Part shown: piece after piece, positions 38,135-46,910 of the stretch
Numbering within the stretch: position 1 is the stretch's first letter
Layout: every line of letters begins with the position of its first letter
Virus record (IMG/VR): IMGVR_UViG_3300028027_000047
Span: 32,001-96,000 of that record
Source: a virus
Length of the DNA: 64,000 bases
Strand: one strand, 5' to 3'
Position numbers and translations under genes: made by a program
The notes under the pieces: generated by a model
What the model was told of the DNA's origin: nothing
The model's input: only the letters and a program-made list of their open reading frames with translations
The model's database searches: none

Positions 38135-40312
38135 TTGACTAAGAAGTTAAGAATATTTACAGCCTTCCTACTCTCAGTGGGTTGGCTTTTTGCTGGTCCC
38201 TCCCAAGCTAATGCTGCAGACACACTAATAAACGGATCCTTCTCGTCAACTGGCGGAGGATGGTCTGGAGCAAATATTACTGGGGCTGTAAATAATAATG
38301 ATGCCTGCGCTGATGCTGGACCAAGCCTTGGAGTTTGGCAAGAGAATGCTTTAGTTATGTCATACGGCACAGACAGGCCAGTCACACAAGTAGTAGTAAT
38401 ATCTCAACCTTCATCTGTAGTATTTACAGTAAATGCTCGGAACAGATCAGATGTTCCTGGGGCACAAGCAACAATTAGACTTCAAGACTCTAATCAAAAT
38501 AATTCAACAGGCGGCAACTATTCTACTAGTGGAATTAATAAAACGCTAACAGTAACAACCACATCTCCAAATGAAAATGTAACAATAACAATAAGCGGAA
38601 CAGACGGATTAGGCTGGGCTGGATGCTACGGAACTATATTTACTAATGCCTCTTTATCTGTGACACCAACAGTTGTTAAAACCATTGGAGCCCCAAGAAA
38701 TTTAACTATATCTAGCAATGAAACATCAACCGTCCTGTCCTGGCAAGCACCAGATACTGGTAACACACAGCCAGAAAGATATGCTATAAGTTTTAATTGC
38801 TCTGGGTGTAATGGCTGGGGAATTGCAACTGGAAATGTTGGCGGACCAAATTCTTTAAACACAACAATTACAATTGATCACTCCTTGTTAGACGGACTTC
38901 GCCCTGCAGGAACCGTATGGTCATTCCATATTAGATCAGATAACGACACGTTTGCTCTTTACTCTGCAAACTCAAATGTTGTTACTGGGTCTACATATGT
39001 AGCACCAACCCCCACACCAGAGCCTTCACCGACACCAACCCCCACACCAACCCCAACACCAGAACCTAGTCCAACTCCTACGCCTACACCAACTCCTACA
39101 CCAACTCCCGAACCTTCACCAACGCCCGTTACAACAACGACTCCAGATCCAGGGCCAGTTACAGTAGCACCGACTGGGCCAACTGAAGCAGAAATTGCAG
39201 CACAGGCAGCAGCACAGGCAGCAGCACAGGCAGCACAGGCAGCAGCAAATGCCGCAGCGTTAGCAGCAGCACAGGCACAAGCCGAAGCACAAATTGCAGC
39301 AACAACCGCAGCGCAAGCAGCAGCGCAAGCAGCAGAAGCAGCAAGAATAGAGGCTGAAACAGCAGCATTAATTGCACAGCAAGCAGCAGCAGCAAAAGCA
39401 GAGGCTGATAGAATTGCTGCAGAAGAAGCAGCTAAAGAAGCAGCAAGAATTAAAGCAGAGGCGGAACTAAAAGAAAAGGCTGACCGTGAAGCAGCGGAGA
39501 TTGAAGCAGCAAGAATTAAAGCAGAAGCAGAAGCCAAAGAAGAAGCAGATCGTATTGCAGCAGAAGTTAAAGCAGCAGAAGAAAAAGCAGAAGCAGAGGC
39601 TAAGGCAGAGTCTGATCGTATAGAAGCAGAGCGTATAGCGGAAGAAAAAAGAATTGCTGAAGAAGCAGAAGCAGAGCGTATAGCAGCAGAAGAAGAAGCA
39701 ATTGCAGAAACAAAGAAAGAAGCAGAGGCTAAAGCACTTGCAGAAGAAGAAAAAATTGCAGAAGAGTTAGCGGCAATTAAAGAAGAAGAAGAAAAGGTTG
39801 TCGAAGAAATAGAAAAAGCTGTAGAGTCTGGTAAAGAATTAACTGAAGAGCAAAAAGATATTGTAGTAGCGGCATTAATAGAAACATTGGCACCAGGAGA
39901 ATCAATTTCAGTAGCAGAAGTTGTAGCAGCTGGGGTTGAACTTAAAGATTTGCCACCAGATACTCCAATTGAAGTTAGAACATCAGAGTCTGGCGAAGTT
40001 TTAATTATTACCGCTGAGGTAGCAGCAAATATTGAATTAGTTACAGATCCAGGAGCATTGGTAGAAGCAATATTTACAGATCCACAGGCAGCACTTGCTG
40101 CTATTGGAAGCATAGGCGCTGACATGACGGATGAGGAAAGAACAGAAGCAACCGAGATGGTTGTAGCAACAGTTGTAGCAACAGGTGCAGCATTGAATGC
40201 TGTAAGTGCCGCTACAGGAACCACTGGAGGATCCACAGGCAGTAGTTCTGGAGGATCAGGTGGTGGAGGAGCCTCTGGCGATTCCAAGGGAATAAGGAGA
40301 AGAAGACCATGA
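38135..40312 (+). CDS. Large exported surface protein: signal peptide, FN3, Pro/Thr linker, Ala/Glu coiled coil, hydrophobic C-terminus
   Basis: Signal peptide ending ANA, FN3 (APRNL...LSWQAP...GLRPAGT), PTPTPEPS repeats, EAERIAAEE repeats, and a RRRRP end. Confidence 0.75.
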   Translation: MTKKLRIFTAFLLSVGWLFAGPSQANAADTLINGSFSSTGGGWSGANITGAVNNNDACADAGPSLGVWQENALVMSYGTDRPVTQVVVISQPSSVVFTVNARNRSDVPGAQATIRLQDSNQNNSTGGNYSTSGINKTLTVTTTSPNENVTITISGTDGLGWAGCYGTIFTNASLSVTPTVVKTIGAPRNLTISSNETSTVLSWQAPDTGNTQPERYAISFNCSGCNGWGIATGNVGGPNSLNTTITIDHSLLDGLRPAGTVWSFHIRSDNDTFALYSANSNVVTGSTYVAPTPTPEPSPTPTPTPTPTPEPSPTPTPTPTPTPTPEPSPTPVTTTTPDPGPVTVAPTGPTEAEIAAQAAAQAAAQAAQAAANAAALAAAQAQAEAQIAATTAAQAAAQAAEAARIEAETAALIAQQAAAAKAEADRIAAEEAAKEAARIKAEAELKEKADREAAEIEAARIKAEAEAKEEADRIAAEVKAAEEKAEAEAKAESDRIEAERIAEEKRIAEEAEAERIAAEEEAIAETKKEAEAKALAEEEKIAEELAAIKEEEEKVVEEIEKAVESGKELTEEQKDIVVAALIETLAPGESISVAEVVAAGVELKDLPPDTPIEVRTSESGEVLIITAEVAANIELVTDPGALVEAIFTDPQAALAAIGSIGADMTDEERTEATEMVVATVVATGAALNAVSAATGTTGGSTGSSSGGSGGGGASGDSKGIRRRRP
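39004..39125 (+). repeat. Pro/Thr tandem repeat (PTPTPEPS)n
   Basis: Degenerate ccaacc/ccaact repeats. Confidence 0.85.
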
Positions 40313-40488
40313 TAAAGAAAATAATAAAAGATATGATAGATCAACTTTGGACACTTCTAGGTATGTTTATTGCCTGGGTAGTCCTTGATGGTTCTGCAAA
40401 AACAGTAGTAGGTTATGCAATTGTAGGTACATTAATTGCATGGGGAATTACATACCCAATTAGAAATAAAGAATGGGATGAAGAATAA
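40309..40488 (+). CDS. Small two-TM membrane protein (59 aa, not in track)
   Basis: LWTLLGMFIAWVVL...VVGYAIVGTLIAWGI; coupled at both ends. Confidence 0.75.
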   Translation: MIKKIIKDMIDQLWTLLGMFIAWVVLDGSAKTVVGYAIVGTLIAWGITYPIRNKEWDEE

Positions 40489-40778
40489 TGGCAAAGGCAT
40501 ATATTGAAGAGCCAACACAGGTAGGTTCAGGAGCAATTGCAAACATTAATAATATTGTAATGCGAATAATTGCAGTATTTGCTGCATCTGGATTATCCGT
40601 AATTGGAGCAGGAGCAATAGTAGGAATTGAAACCTACAAAGCAGTTATATTAGCAGGTACTCTTGGCGTTGCCACCGTAGTTGAAAGGCTTGCACGAGGT
40701 TTCCTAGACGACGGGAAATTAACGGTAGCAGAAATAAATGCTGCCTTCTTAGCAGTAGATAAAAAAGCTTCTAAGTAA
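40488..40778 (+). CDS. Small membrane protein (holin-like)
   Basis: Two hydrophobic segments followed by DDGKLTVAEINAAF. Confidence 0.6.
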   Translation: MAKAYIEEPTQVGSGAIANINNIVMRIIAVFAASGLSVIGAGAIVGIETYKAVILAGTLGVATVVERLARGFLDDGKLTVAEINAAFLAVDKKASK

Positions 40779-40793
40779 TGCTATAATTAGACT

Positions 40794-40937
40794 ATGAATA
40801 AATACCGCATTAAATTAGATGTAGAGGTAGAGGTAGAAGCCTTTAATTCAGAAGATGCAGGCGAGTATATTCATGACATATTTAATATAGATGACGAAAT
40901 TAAAAAAGTCAATATCGTTAAAATACAACAAAAGTAA
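40794..40937 (+). CDS. Small protein (47 aa, not in track)
   Basis: TGCTATAAT-N6-ATG; MNKYRIKLDVEVEVEAFNSEDA. Confidence 0.7.
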   Translation: MNKYRIKLDVEVEVEAFNSEDAGEYIHDIFNIDDEIKKVNIVKIQQK

Positions 40938-40949
40938 ATGCAGACAGCA

Positions 40950-40979
40950 TTGACATATATTTTAAAAGCAGTGTATAAT
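40950..40979 (+). promoter_or_regulatory. Promoter
   Basis: TTGACA-N18-TATAAT. Confidence 0.65.
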
Positions 40980-41006
40980 CGTACATAACGCTTTTTAAAG
41001 GATAGA

Positions 41007-41738
41007 ATGAATATATATCAAGATGAAATAAATAGTTTGAATGAAAACTATAAGATATGGCTGTCCAACAACATAGAGCCTATGGTTGAATTTGAAACTC
41101 AATGGATGAAAGATAACGAATATACTTTAAATAACCACGGTCTTAGATGTGATAATTTTTATAAAATAGAAAATAAAAAAGATCACATACTTTTTGCTGG
41201 ATGTGAGTATTCTTTGGCCATAAGCCATGAGGTGAAATTTTCTTGGGCTTACATGTTGTACAGCTACCTACTAGGATCCGTTGGCACGTACAGGAACATC
41301 TCCTATCCAGGAGCAAACCCAGAAAAAATTATTGCAAATTTAATTAAGTATGTTGATGCATATGGGGCACCATACAAAATGTTTGTTCTTATGCCAGAAA
41401 TAATAAGAGATTATGGGTACTGGCCAGATGGCAAAGTTTACAAGCCAAAGATGTATAGACAGCTAAAAGGAAATGGTGGCGTAGAGCATAACGATGTTGC
41501 TATACCAAATGATGTTCCATTAAACTTATTGCTATTAAGATATGTAAGATCTATTAGAATTTTAGAGTCGTACTGCAGCGCCCTTGGAATAGATCTAATC
41601 TGGACAACATGGGACAGAGACTCGTCAGAAATACTATCACAAATGGACTTTAAGTACTTCTTCCCAGCACAGATTAACCCAGATGATCAAAATGATATAT
41701 ATAATCATTTTGTTAAACAGATTAAGGAAAATAGATGA
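41007..41738 (+). CDS. Hypothetical protein, SGNH-hydrolase-like fold possible
   Basis: NNHGLRC...ILFAGCE...SWA...NISYPG; the usual catalytic Ser is not evident. Confidence 0.45.
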   Translation: MNIYQDEINSLNENYKIWLSNNIEPMVEFETQWMKDNEYTLNNHGLRCDNFYKIENKKDHILFAGCEYSLAISHEVKFSWAYMLYSYLLGSVGTYRNISYPGANPEKIIANLIKYVDAYGAPYKMFVLMPEIIRDYGYWPDGKVYKPKMYRQLKGNGGVEHNDVAIPNDVPLNLLLLRYVRSIRILESYCSALGIDLIWTTWDRDSSEILSQMDFKYFFPAQINPDDQNDIYNHFVKQIKENR

Positions 41739-42445
41739 GCGATCAAGATAATAAAATTTGGTCTTATTACGCCGAGGATTTTAACAAAATAGGTAGGCTT
41801 AAAGACAACGTAGTACACATTAAAAATTTTTTAGAACCAGAAGACTTGTTGGCCATCAGCAATTATTTAAAAACACACCAGGATGATCCAGAGTTTTCTG
41901 GTGGCAAAATGATAAATTTTGAAAAAGCCAGCCAGGAAAATCCAGAAGTTGCACAGCTTTTAATTAAATATGAAAAAAGAATATATGATGTTGTTGAAAA
42001 AAACTTTTGTCAAAAGTATAATATAAAGATTAAAAGAAAGCCTTGGGTCGAATTACATTTTATTAAATGGAGGCCAGGAATGGGCTCTAAACTACATTCA
42101 GACTGCCAGTATCCAAATGGGGATCCATTAATGAAGTCTAATTATTATAAATTAAACTTAACTGCATTGATATACCCAAATGAAGATTATACTGGTGGGG
42201 AAATAGGGTGGCCAGAATATGGAATAGAAATCAAGCCATCTGCTGGAGACCTTGCTGTGTTCCCAGCCAATAATGACTACTTACATTATGTTAATGATGT
42301 AATGACTGGCACAAGATACACTATGCCAATATGGTACACATTTGATAATGGCGCACCAGAAAAAGAAATGATCTACGACCCTGAAGCCTCAAAAAATTTA
42401 TGGCTTAATGAAGGTGAAGACACAAATCAATTAAGATCCTATTGA
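41735..42445 (+). CDS. 2OG-Fe(II) oxygenase
   Basis: HSD...YPNEDYTGGEI...FPA...HYV...GTRYT. Confidence 0.88.
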   Translation: MSDQDNKIWSYYAEDFNKIGRLKDNVVHIKNFLEPEDLLAISNYLKTHQDDPEFSGGKMINFEKASQENPEVAQLLIKYEKRIYDVVEKNFCQKYNIKIKRKPWVELHFIKWRPGMGSKLHSDCQYPNGDPLMKSNYYKLNLTALIYPNEDYTGGEIGWPEYGIEIKPSAGDLAVFPANNDYLHYVNDVMTGTRYTMPIWYTFDNGAPEKEMIYDPEASKNLWLNEGEDTNQLRSY

Positions 42446-42470
42446 CATCACTTTGTCAATATTGTATAAT
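42440..42470 (+). promoter_or_regulatory. Promoter with a palindrome over the -35
   Basis: TTGACA-N17-TATAAT; TATTGACA-N6-TGTCAATA. Confidence 0.7.
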
Positions 42471-42486
42471 TATAAAGATGGAATAA

Positions 42487-42720
42487 ATGCTAAATTTAAC
42501 AGAACAAGGTGTTGAAATATTTATCAAAAAATTTCAATCAAGCGTACAAAAATCTTTTTGGAACAACTATGATTTAGTTATATGGAAAAAAGATCACGGC
42601 GGGTACACAGATACAAAAGGCATGTATTATAACAATACATGGGGAAAGGCAGAAAAAATTTCTGTCGATAAAAAAGGAATCTGGAAACTGCCGAAAAAAT
42701 ATGTCAGATATTTTAAATAG
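42487..42720 (+). CDS. Hypothetical protein
   Basis: ORF overlapping the whiB start. Confidence 0.6.
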   Translation: MLNLTEQGVEIFIKKFQSSVQKSFWNNYDLVIWKKDHGGYTDTKGMYYNNTWGKAEKISVDKKGIWKLPKKYVRYFK

Positions 42721-43012
42721 CTTAGGTGTTGAGCAAGATAATATTAAATGGTGGGACCTAGCCCTTTGTCATGGGATGGACACTAATTTATTTTTTGATA
42801 AATACGAGTCAGATATAAATGTAGCAAAGAGTATTGACGAGGCATGCCTATCTTGCCCAGTCATAAAGTTATGTCATGAAAGTGGTGTAGAAAATTCAGA
42901 CTACGGAGTCTGGGGCGGAATATACCTTGCTTCAGGGTCCACAGATAAAGCACGTAATGCACACAAAACAAAAGATATTTGGAAGCGAATAAGGGAAAAG
43001 CATGTTTATTGA
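42701..43012 (+). CDS. whiB: WhiB-family transcription factor
   Basis: ALC...FF...CLSCPVIKLC...GVWGG. Confidence 0.9.
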   Translation: MSDILNSLGVEQDNIKWWDLALCHGMDTNLFFDKYESDINVAKSIDEACLSCPVIKLCHESGVENSDYGVWGGIYLASGSTDKARNAHKTKDIWKRIREKHVY

Positions 43013-43322
43013 TAAGAATAAAAACCATTTTAAGTACGGAATTAACGAATGGACAGGTGAGCCAAATAAGCCAACGTTCTACACAAAAGAAATGGCGCTC
43101 AAAATAAGAGAACTTAAAAAACCTACTTCAACACTTGAAATGGATATAGTTAAGTACCCAGACTTTTTAGCAATCAGATTATATGAGAATAATTTTGCAC
43201 AATACGACGGCTCAATGAGAGTCAGAGTTATAGAATATGTAGAAATGGTAAAGAATATCTTGGAATCATACGGAGTAAGAGTAGAGCTTGAAGGAAAGCC
43301 AGGAGGAAAAAATCATGGATAA
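43002..43322 (+). CDS. Hypothetical protein
   Basis: Coupled ORF. Confidence 0.6.
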   Translation: MFIDKNKNHFKYGINEWTGEPNKPTFYTKEMALKIRELKKPTSTLEMDIVKYPDFLAIRLYENNFAQYDGSMRVRVIEYVEMVKNILESYGVRVELEGKPGGKNHG

Positions 43323-43551
43323 AGTATTGTGTTATTCCTGCAATAAAAGCAAGAACGAGCTTTCGGCAAAGAAATCTGTTTTGCTACCAATAAATTTGTT
43401 GCTGTGTAAATCATGTACGGACAACAAATTAGAACCAAGATGGATAGTTATTTTAGCAGGAAGACAATATGGCTCTGATCATGTAAAAGAACATATTGCA
43501 AAAAAGAAGTATGTGGGCGTAGATATAACAGCCTCTGAGTTATTAATTTAA
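43315..43551 (+). CDS. Zinc-binding hypothetical protein
   Basis: SD AGGAGG; CYSC...CKSC. Confidence 0.65.
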   Translation: MDKVLCYSCNKSKNELSAKKSVLLPINLLLCKSCTDNKLEPRWIVILAGRQYGSDHVKEHIAKKKYVGVDITASELLI

Positions 43552-43580
43552 TATAGATTGTACGGTATAATATTCATATA

Positions 43581-43889
43581 ATGAATATTCCTCTAACTGA
43601 GATACTAATAACTCTCTTTGCAGCCGCTATAAGTGGGCTACTAACAGCACAGATAGGCGCTAGAAGGTCAAAAAAAGAAAAGGCGGAGCGCCAGGTAGAA
43701 AAGGCACACGACCAACTCCTATTGGAATTAAAAGACCTTGAGATTAAATTATATAAATTAGAAAAAGATCTAAATGAATGGAAAGACAAATACTTTGAGG
43801 CCTTACAGGAATTAATTCGTGTTAAGGCAGAATTAGAGGGAACTCTGCTTAAATTAAGCCATCTAGAAATTCATTCTGATGAGCACTAG
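43581..43889 (+). CDS. Membrane-anchored coiled-coil protein
   Basis: N-terminal TM helix followed by heptads. Confidence 0.65.
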   Translation: MNIPLTEILITLFAAAISGLLTAQIGARRSKKEKAERQVEKAHDQLLLELKDLEIKLYKLEKDLNEWKDKYFEALQELIRVKAELEGTLLKLSHLEIHSDEH

Positions 43890-43921
43890 CACTACAAAAA
43901 TAAAAATAGTATACTAATATT

Positions 43922-44479
43922 ATGACTTGTATTGTTGCTATCGCCCAAAATGGGGTTGTGTATATGGGGTCTGACCATGCCGCCTCAGACGATAAAACTG
44001 GCTGGATCCTATCAAGAAAAGAACCAAAAGTTTTTAAAAACGGTCAATACGGAATTGCATTTACAGACTCATTTCGTATGGGACAAATTCTACAGTACAT
44101 GTGGACCCCTCCAAAATATACACCAACTAAAACTAACTCTGGGTTAGATAAATTTATGCGAACCAAATTTGTTGATTCTGTTAAGGCTGCATTTAAAGAT
44201 CATGGCTATGGAAGTATTGGCTCCGCATCAGAAGAAGATACTGGTGGAATTTTTATAGTTGGAGTATGCGGTAGACTCTTTACCATAGATGAAGACTTTC
44301 ATGTTGGAGAAAATATTGTAAACTACATGGCTGAAGGAAGCGGCGGACAGATAGCCCTTGGAGCCCTTCATGCAACAAAAAAGCAACAAAACCCAAAGCT
44401 TAGATTAAAAGCAGCATTAGAAGCGGCAACCGAGTTCAATATGAGCGTAGCAGCACCCTATACATACATCCAAGTTTAG
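43922..44479 (+). CDS. Ntn-hydrolase, HslV/proteasome-beta-like protease
   Basis: N-terminal (M)TCIVA, GSD...K, and GSGGQIALGAL; leaderless start. Confidence 0.8.
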   Translation: MTCIVAIAQNGVVYMGSDHAASDDKTGWILSRKEPKVFKNGQYGIAFTDSFRMGQILQYMWTPPKYTPTKTNSGLDKFMRTKFVDSVKAAFKDHGYGSIGSASEEDTGGIFIVGVCGRLFTIDEDFHVGENIVNYMAEGSGGQIALGALHATKKQQNPKLRLKAALEAATEFNMSVAAPYTYIQV

Positions 44480-44493
44480 TGTATAATTGAATC

Positions 44494-44850
44494 ATGGAAA
44501 CCGTTGCCTACATACTAATAGCTTTTTTTATTATCTCATCTTTTAGATGGCTGAGGGCAAGGTACACTCTTGGAATTTATTATATTAACAAGTTAGAAGA
44601 ACTACGGGAGCAGTCACAAAAGAGAGAGTACCCTCTAAGTATTAGCGACTTGAAACCAGAAAATTATGATCATGCGATGGATTTAAGAGGAGCACCAACC
44701 CACCTATGCCCATGCGGATGCAATATATGGAATGTAAAGGTTATATTTGAAGAGTTTGAAATAGCTACATATTTTCTTGATATGGAATGTGCTAACTGCG
44801 GAAGCATGGCAACAGCACCTACGCTACTAGACAGAGAGATACAAGAATGA
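44494..44850 (+). CDS. Membrane-anchored zinc-ribbon protein
   Basis: N-terminal TM; CPCGC...CANCG; leaderless start. Confidence 0.6.
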   Translation: METVAYILIAFFIISSFRWLRARYTLGIYYINKLEELREQSQKREYPLSISDLKPENYDHAMDLRGAPTHLCPCGCNIWNVKVIFEEFEIATYFLDMECANCGSMATAPTLLDREIQE

Positions 44851-45017
44851 GAAAGTCAGAAAGATTAAGGCAGCTTGAGATTGCTGTTATTAGAATGGAA
44901 ATGCATGTCGAATTGCTTTCAGCAACTCTATCTAATCTATTAGATTCACAAGGCATGGACACCGCCCCGTCGCTAGATAACGGTAAGTGGTACAAAAAAC
45001 CAACAGACACCCCTTGA
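44847..45017 (+). CDS. Small protein (56 aa, not in track)
   Basis: MRKSERLRQLEIAVIRMEM...; ATGA overlap. Confidence 0.6.
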   Translation: MRKSERLRQLEIAVIRMEMHVELLSATLSNLLDSQGMDTAPSLDNGKWYKKPTDTP

Positions 45018-45041
45018 CATCCTGCCATTATTTAGTAGAAT
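45014..45041 (+). promoter_or_regulatory. Promoter with leaderless start
   Basis: TTGACA-N16-TAGAAT-N6-ATG. Confidence 0.7.
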
Positions 45042-45047
45042 TAGGTT

Positions 45048-46166
45048 ATGAATAAAAAACTAATATCTGCGTTAATCGCACTCACACTATCAGTACCTAC
45101 AACCGCTCATGCAGCGGGACTACAGAATCGTACAGATTCGAAGCCAGCAGTTGCTATTCTTGATACAGCAATTGACACATCCCTACCAGCATTTCAAGGA
45201 AAAATTATTCAAGAGGTATGTATCCTAGAATGGACAACATGCCCTAACGGTGCATCATTCATGGAAGGACCTGGGGCGGCATCAATGCCAGCAGGCCTTA
45301 TATCAAAAAATGGATTCGATCACGGAACATATATGACATCGGTATTTGTTGCAACCAACCCAAATGTAAATATTGTTTTTATTAAAATTATTGGTAATAC
45401 TTCAACTGGTATGCGTCAGAATGCTGGGGAAGCTGCAGTATACAATGCTCTTAATTGGGTAAAGTCTAATGCATCAAAGTACAACATTCAAGCAGTTACT
45501 ATGTCCCAGGGAATGCATAACCTAGGTGCCCCAGGAACAAACTACTGCCCTAAAACACCAGTAACACAGCAGTCTATTAAAGATTTAATTGCTATTGGTA
45601 TCCCCACTTTTTTCCCTTCAGGAAATGGAAGAGATTACCAGCGTATTGATTGGCCAGCATGCCTAGAAGAATCTATCTCAGTCGGCTACGTCGATCAACA
45701 AAACGAAATCTCATCGAACAGCAACAATGATTCAGCAATACTTGACTTTTTTGCACCAGGATTTTTTACAATTGCTGGTCCAGGCAATGTCTCAAAGAAT
45801 ATCGCTGGGTCTTCTTCCGCAATTCAGGTTGCAGGAGCGCAATGGATGAAGCTAAAAGCAGCAAAGCCAACATTTACATATGATCAATTGCTTACTGCTT
45901 TTCGTTCTACTGCATCTTCTACAATTGGAAGACAAGGAACGTTTACTAAATTAATTAATATCAACGCAGCGCTTTCCTATACAGCAATAGTTGCAGCACC
46001 AGCAGGACCGACTCCTGAAGAATTAGCTGCAGCCAAGGCAGCACTACAGGCAGACGTTAACGCACAAATTGCAAAAGCGCAGGCTGAGTACGATGCAGCA
46101 GTCAAAGCAGCATCAGACAAACTTGCAGCACTTCGAGCAGCACAGTTAGCTAGATTAAATGGATAA
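45048..46166 (+). CDS. Secreted subtilisin-like (S8) peptidase
   Basis: Signal peptide; VAILDTAID, HGT, SGN oxyanion and AGSSSA; Ala-rich helical tail. Confidence 0.82.
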   Translation: MNKKLISALIALTLSVPTTAHAAGLQNRTDSKPAVAILDTAIDTSLPAFQGKIIQEVCILEWTTCPNGASFMEGPGAASMPAGLISKNGFDHGTYMTSVFVATNPNVNIVFIKIIGNTSTGMRQNAGEAAVYNALNWVKSNASKYNIQAVTMSQGMHNLGAPGTNYCPKTPVTQQSIKDLIAIGIPTFFPSGNGRDYQRIDWPACLEESISVGYVDQQNEISSNSNNDSAILDFFAPGFFTIAGPGNVSKNIAGSSSAIQVAGAQWMKLKAAKPTFTYDQLLTAFRSTASSTIGRQGTFTKLININAALSYTAIVAAPAGPTPEELAAAKAALQADVNAQIAKAQAEYDAAVKAASDKLAALRAAQLARLNG

Positions 46167-46368
46167 CAAGCTAACAGTACTTGAAGAAATTATTAAAGAG
46201 ATTGGTGAGGAGTTGTACCAGAAATGGTACAACGCCCTTGCTATTGAAGACAGGACTGAGGAGGCTTCAAAAGCAATGTCAGCCAACGCAGGAGAAACCG
46301 CAGTTTGGGTGATCCAAACATTTATGAATAAATTCAATAACGCAGCGGATGAACTAAAAGGAGATTAA
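46159..46368 (+). CDS. Hypothetical protein
   Basis: Coupled ORF. Confidence 0.6.
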   Translation: MDNKLTVLEEIIKEIGEELYQKWYNALAIEDRTEEASKAMSANAGETAVWVIQTFMNKFNNAADELKGD

Positions 46369-46369
46369 G

Positions 46370-46672
46370 TTGATAGTCACAGACGAATCTTTTGATTCTG
46401 TTCTGCAGAATCACAAGTTGGTGCTTATAGATTTTTGGGCACCGTGGTGCGGACCATGCAAAAGGATATCTCCAATACTAGATGAGATATCAAATGAGCG
46501 TGGTTTATGGGTTGGAAAGTTAAATGTTGATGAGAATCCTATCAAATCAGCAGAATACTCTGTAACCTCCATACCATATATGGTACTATTTAAGTCTGGG
46601 GTCCCAGTTAAAACTATTTCTGGTGCAAAACCTAAGCACGTAATGCTTGAGGAGCTATCAGAATGGATCTAG
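46370..46672 (+). CDS. trxA: Thioredoxin
   Basis: DFWAPWCGPCK, KLNVDENP and SIP. Confidence 0.93.
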   Translation: MIVTDESFDSVLQNHKLVLIDFWAPWCGPCKRISPILDEISNERGLWVGKLNVDENPIKSAEYSVTSIPYMVLFKSGVPVKTISGAKPKHVMLEELSEWI

Positions 46673-46863
46673 GAGATGAAGAAGGATACATCAATCACGT
46701 AGAGTTTGAAATATGGCTCAAAAATGGTTATGACAGAGGATGGATTTCTGATGTGTTTTGCAATACACACGATGGTCCTCCTATGACAGAAGAAGAAATG
46801 CAAGAATGGGATGAAGGCGGAGATCCTTGTTCATTCCAGGTGAAAGTAATAGAACTAAACTAA
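46663..46863 (+). CDS. Hypothetical acidic protein
   Basis: CNTHDG...GGDPC. Confidence 0.6.
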   Translation: MDLGDEEGYINHVEFEIWLKNGYDRGWISDVFCNTHDGPPMTEEEMQEWDEGGDPCSFQVKVIELN

Positions 46864-46910
46864 ATTTCTGTTCTCATCAAGAGACAGAGGAAATAAGGAG
46901 AATAAATTAA

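Noticed and set aside
38959-40344. 461-aa minus-strand ORF
   Set aside because: Antisense shadow of the GCA/GAA-rich repeat protein; low complexity and no expression signals
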